Source: Ascidiella aspersa
Lineage: Eukaryota
Direction: 5' to 3'
Assembly (NCBI GenBank): GCA_963924565.1
Contig: OZ004613.1
Coordinates: 10,602,001-10,666,000, forward strand
Length of the DNA: 64,000 nucleotides
Below the pieces are notes generated by a model. The model had not been told where the DNA came from. It searched no databases and was given only the letters and a program-made list of their open reading frames with translations. The position numbers and the translations under genes are program-made. This document shows, piece after piece, positions 53,595 through 64,000 of this stretch; the stretch's first letter is position 1, and every line of letters begins with the position of its first letter.

Positions 53595-54619
53595 CAACGA
53601 ATGTTTTACTGCATCAATCACTTGTAAATGTTTACACATTGATAATTTTTTTATGTCTTTAAGTCCGTCAGCCGTGTTGGTTTCATTTAGAGCATTGAGT
53701 GTAAATTACTTTTATTTTTCAAACAAAACAAAACAAAAATATTGATATTTTATCCACAATGATACCACTTTTTAGTTAGTTCATTATATACCGAATACAT
53801 TCTGTTGTTTTTGTTGAAGATAAAATTAGAATGATATTTCGTTATTCTTCCATCTTACTGCAAACAGCTGGGTATCCAAGACTGGCTATCTTATCAAAAG
53901 GATCAATTGCATTTGGTTACACACTTTAGATTAAGTAGGAATTCGTGTGAATTGCTTTGGTTCACTTTGCGTTGCAACTACTCACTAAAGATAAAACAAT
54001 AATCAATCTGGCGAAGATTGGGTGTGTTGTTACGATAAGGCAGAAATAATTTCAAACGAGCATTATGTAAATCACGAGATACAACAGAGATGGTTCACGA
54101 CAAAGTTTTTTCCTCACACGTAACCATCGTCGATATATCAAATTGTAAGTTGGACAACGACAAACCACTTTTGGAAGACATTTTATAATGTATTATTTCT
54201 TAAGCTGTCGTTTTCAATTAAAATTGATAACTGTTTCAGAGACTGGTGAAAGTATATAATATACATTATGTATTGCACCAAATTTTGGTGTGATTTTAAT
54301 ATTCGTAAATGCACCGATACACTCGGAATTTTGTATGCAGTTTTTCTATTACCTGAAAAAATATTTTTTCCTTGCCCGAGTGCTTAACTTCCGATTAGTA
54401 GAATACGTGTGTGTAAGAATTCACTAGATAATGAAGTGTTTAACAACTAATTACACCAATCAATTGTTTTAATTCGTTTTTACCATTTGTTGTTGATTTG
54501 TAAAGCCAGTTCCATAGCTTGAATGTATTCTTAGATCAGTCGGCTCATCTAATGACGTCATTTAATAGGGCTGCGCGTCTGCGGCTACATTGATAGGCCC
54601 AATTTCGACTCGCTTTTTC

Positions 54620-54921
54620 GCCGGGCTCGTTGGTGTGGGCCTGTAATCCAAACGACTTCGGAGGCTAGAGTTGGAGGACGGCTTGAGAATGGGAGTTCTG
54701 CGGCGCATTGACCTATGTCGATCGGGCGTCCGCGCTAAGCTCGGCGTCAATATGGAGATCTCGGGGGAGCCTGAGATGTCCAGGTTGTCCAAGGAGGAAC
54801 GAACCGGGCCAGGCCCGTAAGGGAGCAGCCAAAAGTTCCCACGTCGTTCAGTAGCGGGATAGCGCCTGTGAATAGGCAAGGTGTCGTAGCCCATTCAATA
54901 CAGCAGGACCCAATTCTTTTT
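54620..54921 (+). ncRNA. RN7SL: 7SL/SRP RNA copy 36 (GGAG)
   Basis: Same hallmarks as copy 3. Confidence 0.93.
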
Positions 54922-55946
54922 CAACAAATGTTTTACTGCATCAATCACTTGTAAATGTTTACACATTGATAATTTTTTTATGTATTTAAGTCCGTCAGCC
55001 GTGTTGGTTTCATTTAGAGCATTGAGTGTAAATTACTTTTATTTTTCAAACAAAACAAAACAAAAATATTGATATTTTATCCACAATGATACCACTTTTT
55101 AGTTAGTTCATTATATACCGAATACATTCTGTTGTTTTTGTTGAAGATAAAATTAGAATGATATTTCGTTATTCTTCCATCTTTCTGCAAACAGCTGGGT
55201 ATCCAAGACTGGCTATCTTATCAAAAGGATCAATTGCCTTTGGTTACACACTTTAGATTAAGTAGGAATTCGTGTGAATTGCTTTGGTTCACTTTGCGTT
55301 GCAACTACTCACTAAAGATAAAACAATAATCAATCTGGCGAAGATTGGGTGTGTTGTTACGATAAGGCAGAAATAATTTCAAACGAGCATTATGTAAATC
55401 ACGAGATACAAAAGAGATGGTTCACGACAAAGTTTTTTCCTCACACGTAACCATCGTCGATATATCAAAATGTAAGTTGGACAACGACAAACCACTTTTG
55501 GAAGACATTTTATAAAGTATTATTTCTTAAGCTGTCGTTTTCAGATAAAATTGATAACTCTTTTAGAGACTGGTGAAAGTATATAATATACATTATGTGA
55601 TCTACCAAATTTTGGTGTGATTTTAATATTCGTAAATGCACTGATCCACTCGGAATTTTGTATGCAGTTTTTCTATTACCTGAAAAAATATTTTTTCCTT
55701 GCCCGAGTGCTTAACTTCCGATTAGTAGAATACGTGTGTGTAAGAATTCACTAGATAATGAAGTGTTTAACAACTAATTACACCAATCAATTGTTTTAAT
55801 TCGTGTTTACCATTAGTTGTTGATTTGTACAGCCAGTTCCATAGCTTGAATGTATACTTAGATCAGTCGGCTCATCTAATGACGTCATTTAATAGGGCTG
55901 CGCGTCTGCGGCCACATTGATAGGCCCAATTTCGACTCGCTTTTTC

Positions 55947-56248
55947 GCCGGGCTCGTTGGTGAGGGCCTGTAATCCGAACGACTTCGGAGGCTAGAGTTG
56001 GAGGACGGCTTGAGAATGGGAGTTCTGCGGCGCATTGACCTATGTCGATCGGGCGTCCGCGCTAAGCTCGGCGTCAATATGGAGATCTTTGGGAAGCCTG
56101 AGATGTCCAGGTTGTCCAAGGAGGAACGAACCGGGCCAGGCCCGTAAGGGAGCAGCCAAAAGTTCCCACGTCGTTCAGTAGCGGGATAGCGCCTGTGAAT
56201 AGGCAAGGTGTCGTAGCCCATTCAATACAGCAGGACCCAATTCTTTTT
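55947..56248 (+). ncRNA. RN7SL: 7SL/SRP RNA copy 37 (GAAG)
   Basis: Same hallmarks as copy 3. Confidence 0.93.
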
Positions 56249-57275
56249 CAACGAATGTTTTACTGCATCAATCACTTGTAAATGTATACACATTGATAAT
56301 TTTTTTATGTATTTAAGTCCGTCAGCCGTGTTGGTTTCATTTAGAGCATTGAGTGTAAATTACTTTTATTTTTCAAACAAAACAAAACAAAAATATTGAT
56401 ATTTTATCCACAATGATACCACTTTTTAGTTAGTTCATTATATCCCGAATACATTCTGTTGTTTTTGTTGAAGGTAAAATTTGAATGATATTTCGTTATT
56501 CTTCCATCTTACTGCAAACAGCTGGGTATCCAAGACTGGCTATCTTATCAAAAGGATCAATTGCATTTGGTTACACACTTTAGATTAAGTAGGAATTCGT
56601 GTGAATTGCTTTGGTTCACTTTGCGTTGCAACTACTCACTAAAGATAAAACAATAATCAATCTGGCGAAGATTGGGTGTGTTGTTACGATAAGGCAGAAA
56701 TAATTTCAAACGAGCATTATGTAAATCACGAGATACAACAGAGATGGTTCACGACAAAGTTTTTTCCTCACACGTAACCATCGTCGATATATCAAATTGT
56801 AAGTTGGACAACGACAAACCACTTTTGGAAGACATTTTATAATGTATTATTTCTTAAGCTGTCGTTTTCAATTAAAATTGATAATTGTTTCAGAGACTGG
56901 TGAAAGTATATAATATACATTATGTATTGCACCAAATTTTGGTGTGATTTTAATATTCGTAAATGCACCGATACACTCGGAATTTTGTATGCAGTTTTTC
57001 TATTACCTGAAAAAAATTATTTTTTCCTTGCCCGAGTGCTTAACTTCTGATTAGTAGAATACGTGTGTGTTGCAATTCACTAGATAATGAAGTGTCTAAC
57101 GACTAATTACACCAATCAATTGTTTTAATTCGTTTTTACCATTTGTTGTTGATTTGTAAAGCCAGTTCCATAGCTTGAATGTATTCTTAGATCAGTCGGC
57201 TCATCTAATGACGTCATTTAATAGGGCTGCGCGTCTGCGGCTACATTGATAGGCCCAATTTCGACTCGCTTTTTC

Positions 57276-57577
57276 GCCGGGCTCGTTGGTGTGGGCCTGT
57301 AATCCAAACGACTTCGGAGGCTAGAGTTGGAGGACGGCTTGAGAATGGGAGTTCTGCGGCGCATTGACCTATGTCGATCGGGCGTCCGCGCTAAGCTCGG
57401 CGTCAATATGGAGATCTCGGGGGAGCCTGAGATGTCCAGGTTGTCCAAGGAGGAACGAACCGGGCCAGGCCCGTAAGGGAGCAGCCAAAAGTTCCCACGT
57501 CGTTCAGTAGCGGGATAGCGCCTGTGAATAGGCAAGGTGTCGTAGCCCATTCAATACAGCAGGACCCAATTCTTTTT
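57276..57577 (+). ncRNA. RN7SL: 7SL/SRP RNA copy 38 (GGAG)
   Basis: Same hallmarks as copy 3. Confidence 0.93.
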
Positions 57578-58602
57578 CAACAAATGTTTTACTGCATCAA
57601 TCACTTGTAAATGTTTACACATTGATAATTTTTTTATGTCTTTAAGTCCGTCAGCCGTGTTGGTTTCATTTAGAGCATTGAGTGTAAATTACTTTTATTT
57701 TTCAAACAAAACAAAACAAAAATATTGATATTTTATCCACAATGATACCACTTTTTAGTTAGTTTATTATATCCCGAATACATTCTGTTGTTTTTGTTGA
57801 AGATAAAATTTGAATGATATTTCGTTATTCTTCCATCTTACTGCAAACAGCTGGGTATCCAAGACTGGCTATCTTATCAAAAGGATCAATTGCCTTTGGT
57901 TACACACTTTAGATTAAGTAGGAATTCGTGTGAATTGCTTTGGTTCACTTTGCGTTGCAACTACTCACTAAAGATAAAACAATAATCAATCTGGCGAAGA
58001 TTGGGTGTGTTGTTACGATAAGGCAGAAATAATTTCAAACGAGCATTATGTAAATCACGAGATACAACAGAGATGGTTCACGACAAAGTTTTTTCCTCAC
58101 ACGTAACCATCGTCGATATATCAAAATGTAAGTTGGACAACGACAAACAACTTTTGGAAGACATTTTATAAAGTATTATTTCTTAAGCTGTCGTTTTCAG
58201 ATAAAATTGATAACTCTTTTAGAGACTGGTGAAAGTATATAATATACATTATGTGATCTACCAAATTTTGTTGTGATTTTAATATTCGTAAATGCACTGA
58301 TCCACTCGGAATTTTGTATGCAGTTTTTCTATTACCTGAAAAAATATTTTTTCCTTGCCCGAGTGCTTAACTTCCGATTAGTAGAATACGTGTGTGTAAG
58401 AATTCACTAGATAATGAAGTTTTTAACAACTAATTACACCAATCAATTGTTTTAATTCGTGTTTGCCATTAGTTGTTGATTTGTACAGCCAGTTCCATAG
58501 CTTGAATGTATACTTAGATCAGTCGGCTCATCTAATGACGTCATTTAATAGGGCTGCGCGTCTGCGGCCACATTGATAGGCCCAATTTCGACTCGCTTTT
58601 TC

Positions 58603-58904
58603 GCCGGGCTCGTTGGTGTGGGCCTGTAATCCGAACGACTTCGGAGGCTAGAGTTGGAGGACGGCTTGAGAATGGGAGTTCTGCGGCGCATTGACCTATG
58701 TCGATCGGGCGTCCGCGCTAAGCTCGGCGTCAATATGGAGATCTTGGGGAAGCCTGAGATGTCCAGGTTGTCCAAGGAGGAACGAACCGGGCCAGGCCCG
58801 TAAGGGAGCAGCCAAAAGTTCCCACGTCGTTCAGTAGCGGGATAGCGCCTGTGAATAGGCAAGGTGTCGTAGCCCATTCAATACAGCAGGACCCAATTCT
58901 TTTT
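58603..58904 (+). ncRNA. RN7SL: 7SL/SRP RNA copy 39 (GAAG)
   Basis: Same hallmarks as copy 3. Confidence 0.93.
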
Positions 58905-59931
58905 CAACGAATGTTTTACTGCATCAATCACTTGTAAATGTATACACATTGATAATTTTTTTATGTATTTAAGTCCGTCAGCCGTGTTGGTTTCATTTAG
59001 AGCATTGAGTGTAAATTACTTTTATTTTTCAAACAAAACAAAACAAAAATATTGATATTTTATCCACAATGATACCACTTTTTAGTTAGTCCATTATATC
59101 CCGAATACATTCTGTTGTTTTTGTTGAAGGTAAAATTTGAATGATATTTCGTTATTCTTCCATCTTACTGCAAACAGCTGGGTATCCAAGACTGGCTATC
59201 TTATCAAAAGGATCAATTGCCTTTGGTTACACACTTTAGATTAAGTAGGAATTCGTGTGAATTGCTTTGGTTCACTTTGCGTTGCAACTACTCACTAAAG
59301 ATAAAACAATAATCAATCTGGCGAAGATTGGGTGTGTTGTTACGATAAGGCAGAAATAATTTCAAACGAGCATTATGTAAATCACGAGATACAACAGAGA
59401 TGGTTCACGACAAAGTTTTTTCCTCACACGTAACCATCGTCGATATATCAAAATGTAAGTTGGACAACGACAAACCACTTTTGGAAGACATTTTATAATG
59501 TATTATTTCTTAAGCTGTCGTTTTCAATTAAAATTGATAATTGTTTTAGAGACTGGTGAAAGTGTATAATATACATTATGTATTGCACCAAATTTTGGTG
59601 TGATTTTAATATTCGTAAATGCACCGATACACTCAGAATTTTGTATGCAGTTTTTCTATTACCTGAAAAAATTTATTTTTTCCTTGCCCGAGTGCTTAAC
59701 TTCTGATTAGTAGAACACGTGTGTGTTGCAATTCACTAGATTATGAAGTGTCTAACAACTAATTACACCAATCAATTGTTTTAATTCGTTTTTGGCATTA
59801 GTTGTTGATTTGTACAGCCAGTTCCGTAGCTTGAAAGTATACTTAGATCAGTCGGCTCATCTAATGACGTCATTTAATAGGGCTGCGCGTCTGCGGCCAC
59901 ATTGATAGGCCCAATTTCGACTCGCTTTTTC

Positions 59932-60232
59932 GCCGGGCTCGTTGGTGTGGGCCTGTAATCCGAACGACTTCGGAAGCTAGAGTTGGAGGACGGCTTGAGA
60001 GTGGGAGTTCTGCGGCGCATTGACCTATGTCGATCGGGCGTCCGCGCTAAGCTCGGCGTCAATATGGAGATCTCGGGGGGCCTGAGATGTCCAGGTTGTC
60101 CAAGGAGGAACGAACCGGCCCAGGCCCATAAGGGAGCAGCCAAAAGTTTCCACGTCGTTCAGTAGCGGGATAGCGCCTGTGAATAGGCAAGGTGTCGTAG
60201 CCCATTCAATACAGCAGGACCCAATTCTTTTT
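59932..60232 (+). ncRNA. RN7SL: 7SL/SRP RNA copy 40 (probably defective)
   Basis: Full length, but the helix-6 loop A is deleted (CGGGGGGCC), the helix-8 loop is AUAA (not GNRA), and there is a helix-8 stem mismatch. Confidence 0.8.
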
Positions 60233-61238
60233 CAACGAATGTTTTACTGCATCAATCACTTGTAAATGTTTTCACATTGATAATTTTTTTATGTCTTTAA
60301 GTCCGTCAGCCGTGTTGGTTTCATTTAGACCATTGAGTGTAAATTACTTTTATTTTTCAAACAAAACAAAACAAAAATATTGATATTTTATCCACAATGA
60401 TACCACTTTTTAGTTAGTTTATTATATCCCGAATACATTCTGTTGTTTTTGTTGAAGATAAAATTTGAATGCTATTTCGTTATTCTTCCATCTTACTGCA
60501 AACAGCTGGGTATCCAAGACTGGCTATCTTATCAAGAGGATCAATTGCCTTTGGTTACGCACTTTAGATTAAGTAGGAATTCGTGTGAATTGCTTTGGTT
60601 CACTTTGCGTTGCAACTACTCATTAAAGATAAAACAATAATCAATCTGGCGAAGATTGGGTGTGTTGTTACGATAAGGCAGAAATAATTTCAAACGAGCA
60701 TTATGTAAATCACGAGATACAACAGAGATGGTTCACGACAAAGTTTTTTCCTCACACGTAACCATCGTCGATATATCAAAATGTAAGTTGGACAACGACA
60801 AACCACTTTTGGAAGACATTTTATAATGTATTATTTCTTAAGCTGTCGTTTTCAATTAAAATTGATAACTCTTTCAGAGACTGGTGAAAGTATATAATAT
60901 ACATTATGTGTTCTACCAAATTTTGGTGTGATTTTAATATTCGTAAATGCACCGATCCACTCGGAATTTTGTATGCAGATTTTCTATTACCTGAAAAAAA
61001 TATTATTTCCTTGCCCAAGTGCTTAACTTCCGATTAGTAGAATACGTGTGTGTAAGAATTCACTAGATAATCAAGTGTTTAACAACTAATTACACCAATC
61101 AATTGTTTTAATTCGTGTTTACCATTAGTTGTTGATCTTGAAAGTATACTTAGATCAATCGGGTCATCTAATGACGTCATTTAATAGTGCTGCGCGTCTG
61201 CGGCCACATTGATAGGCCCAATTTCGACTCGCTTTTTC

Positions 61239-61540
61239 GCCGGGCTCGTTGGTGTGGGCCTGTAATCCGAACGACTTCGGAAGCTAGAGTTGGAGGACGG
61301 CTTGAGAATGGGAGTTCTGCGGCGCATTGACCTATGTCGATCGGGCGTCCGCGCTAAGCTCGGCGTCAATATGGAGATCTTGGGGAAGCCTGAGATGTCC
61401 AGGTTGTCCAAGGAGGAACGAACGGGGCCAGGCCCGTAAGGGAGCAGCCAAAAGTTCCCACGTCGTTCAGTAGCGGGATAGCGCCTGTGAATAGGCAAGG
61501 TGTCGTAGCCCATTCAATACAGCAGGACCCAATTCTTTTT
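61239..61540 (+). ncRNA. RN7SL: 7SL/SRP RNA copy 41 (GAAG)
   Basis: Same hallmarks as copy 3. Confidence 0.92.
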
Positions 61541-62546
61541 CAACGAATGTTTTACTGCATCAATCACTTGTAAATGTATACACATTGATAATTTTTTTAT
61601 GTATTTAAGTCCGTCAGTCGTGTTGGTTTCATTTAGAGCATTGAGTGTAAATTACTTTTATATTTCAAACAAAACAAAACAAAAATATTGATATTTTATC
61701 CACAATGATACCACTTTTTAGTTAGTTTATTATATCCCGAATACATTCTGTTGTTTTTGTTGAAGATAAAATTTGAATGATATTTCGTTATCCTTCCATC
61801 TTACTGCAAACGGCTGGGTATCCAAGACTGGCTATCTTATCAAAAGGATCAATTGCATTTGGTTACACACTTTAGATTAAGTAGGAATTCGTGTGAATTG
61901 CTTTGGTTCACTTTGCGTTGCAACTACTCACTAAAGATAAAACAATAATCAATCTGGCGAAGATTGGGTGTGTTGTTACGATAAGGCAGAAATAATTTCA
62001 AACGAGCATTATGTAAATCACGAGATACAACAGAGATGGTTCACGACAAAGTTTTTTCCTCACACGTAACCATCGTCGATATATCAAAATGTAAGTTGGA
62101 CAACGACAAACCACTTTTGGAAGACATTTTATAATGTATTATTTCTTAAGCTGTCGTTTTCAATTAAAATTGATAACTCTTTCAGAGACTGGTGAAAGTA
62201 TATAGTATACATTATGTGTTCTACCAAATTTTGGTGTGATTTTAATATTCGTAAATGCACCGATCCACTCGGAATTTTGTATGCAGATTTTCTATTACCT
62301 GAAAAAAATATTTTTTCCTTGCCCAAGTGCTTAACTTCCGATTAGTAGAATACGTGTGTGTAAGAATTCACTAGATAATGAAGTGTTTAACAACTAATTA
62401 CACCAATCAATTGTTTTAATTCGTGTTTACCATTAGTTGTTGATCTTGAAAGTATACTTAGATCAATCGGGTCATCTAATGACGTCATTTAATAGGGCTG
62501 CGCGTCTGCGGCCACATTGATAGGCCCAATTTCGACTCGCTTTTTC

Positions 62547-62848
62547 GCCGGGCTCGTTGGTGTGGGCCTGTAATCCGAACGACTTCGGAGGCTAGAGTTG
62601 GAGGACGGCTTGAGAATGGGAGTTCTGCGGCGCATTGACCTATGTCGATCGGGCGTCCGCGCTAAGCTCGGCGTCAATATGGAGATCTTGGGGAAGCCTG
62701 AGATGTCCAGGTTGTCCAAGGAGGAACGAACCGGGCCAGGCCCGTAAGGGAGCAGCCAAAAGTTCCCACGTCGTTCAGTAGCGGGATAGCGCCTGCGAAT
62801 AGGCAAGGTGTCGTAGCCCATTCAATACAGCAGGACCCAATTCTTTTT
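62547..62848 (+). ncRNA. RN7SL: 7SL/SRP RNA copy 42 (GAAG)
   Basis: Same hallmarks as copy 3. Confidence 0.92.
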
Positions 62849-63875
62849 CAACGAATGTTTTACTGCATCAATCACTTGTAAATGTATACACATTGATAAT
62901 TTTTTTATGTATTTAAGTCCGTCAGCCGTGTTGGTTTCATTTAGAGCATTGAGTGTAAATTACTTTTATTTTTCAAACAAAACAAAACAAAAATATTGAT
63001 ATTTTATCCACAATGATACCACTTTTTATTTAGTTCATTATATCCCGAATACATTCTGTTGTTTTTGTTGAAGGTAAAATTTGAATGATATTTCGTTATT
63101 CTTCCATCTTACTGCAAACAGCTGGGTATCCAAGACTGGCTATCTTATCAAAAGGATCAATTGCCTTTGGTTACACACTTTAGATTAAGTAGGAATTCGT
63201 GTGAATTGCTTTGGTTCACTTTGCGTTGCAACTACTCACTAAAGATAAAACAATAATCAATCTGGCGAAGATTGGGTGTGTTGTTACGATAAGGCAGAAA
63301 TAATTTCAAACGAGCATTATGTAAATCACGAGATACAACAGAGATGGTTCACGACAAAGTTTTTTCCTCACACGTAACCATCGTCGATATATCAAAATGT
63401 AAGTTGGACAACGACAAACCACTTTTGGAAGACATTTTATAATGTATTATTTCTTAAGCTGTCGTTTTCAATTAAAATTGATAATTGTTTTAGAGACTGG
63501 TGAAAGTATATAATATACATTATGTATTGCACCAAATTTTGGTGTGATTTTAATATTCGTAAATGCACCGATACACTCAGAATTTTGTATGCAGTTTTTC
63601 TATTACCTGAAAAAAATTATTTTTTCCTTGCCCGAGTGCTTAACTTCTGATTAGTAGAACACGTGTGTGTTGCAATTCACTAGATAATGAAGTGTCTAAC
63701 AACTAATTACACCAATCAATTGTTTTAATTCGTTTTTAGCATTAGTTGTTGATTTGTACAGCCAGTTCCGTAGCTTGAAAGTATACTTAGATCAGTCGGC
63801 TCATCTAATGACGTCATTTAATAGGGCTGCGCGTCTGCGGCCACATTGATAGGCCCAATTTCGACTCGCTTTTTC

Positions 63876-64000
63876 GCCGGGCTCGTTGGTGTGGGCCTGT
63901 AATCCGAACGACTTCGGAAGCTAGAGTTGGAGGACGGCTTGAGAGTGGGAGTTCTGCGGCGCATTGACCTATGTCGATCGGGCGTCCGCGCTAAGCTCGG
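63876..64000 (+). ncRNA. RN7SL: 7SL/SRP RNA copy 43 (partial, cut by window end)
   Basis: 5' 125 nt present; shares the CGGAAG and GAGTGGG variants with copy 40. Confidence 0.88.

Larger units (their letters stand above)
7113..64000 (+). repeat. Tandem array of ~1.31-1.33 kb units, each = 7SL RNA gene + ~1.02 kb AT-rich spacer (43 units, runs off the window)
   Basis: Near-identical sequence recurs with a period of ~1327 bp, directly visible and mirrored by the periodic shadow ORFs. Confidence 0.99.

Noticed and set aside
8322-62821. Repeated 110-aa minus-strand ORF (MGYDTLPIHRR...) and overlapping plus-strand ORFs (MNRQGVV..., MEDGLR...) as a multicopy protein gene
   Set aside because: They overlap the GC-rich 7SL gene exactly. 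They have no recognisable domain and carry frameshifts or stops in several copies; the RNA structure explains the conservation.
7113-64000. CRISPR array, Alu-like SINE cluster or 5S/rDNA/SL-RNA repeat
   Set aside because: Spacers are near-identical, not unique. The S domain is retained and there are no poly-A tails or TSDs. No 5S, snRNA, tRNA or SL sequence was recognised in the spacer by eye.

Overview
Animal (probably invertebrate) genomic DNA, AT-rich, with spliceosomal introns. The first ~6.1 kb holds a head-to-head gene pair. V-ATPase subunit F (ATP6V1F, minus strand) has 3 coding exons and encodes 120 aa. Ribosomal protein L10/uL16 (RPL10, plus strand) has a TCT/5'TOP non-coding first exon plus 5 coding exons and encodes 213 aa. 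RPL10 introns carry three box C/D snoRNAs (one SNORD26-like guide, two SNORD111-like guides) and a fold-back MITE-like element. From ~6.6 kb to the window end is a head-to-tail tandem array of a ~1.31-1.33 kb unit, each carrying one ~300-nt 7SL (SRP) RNA gene with an upstream CRE/ATF + TATA-like element and an oligo-T terminator. There are 43 copies with a 5' end, the last cut by the window edge, plus one transposon-disrupted relic at the array border. The array shows higher-order organisation, with two alternating helix-6 loop isoforms (GGAG and GAAG) and a ~7-8-unit cycle. The repeated 110-aa minus-strand ORFs are antisense shadows of the 7SL genes. All identifications are by eye from remembered family sequences; no searches were run.
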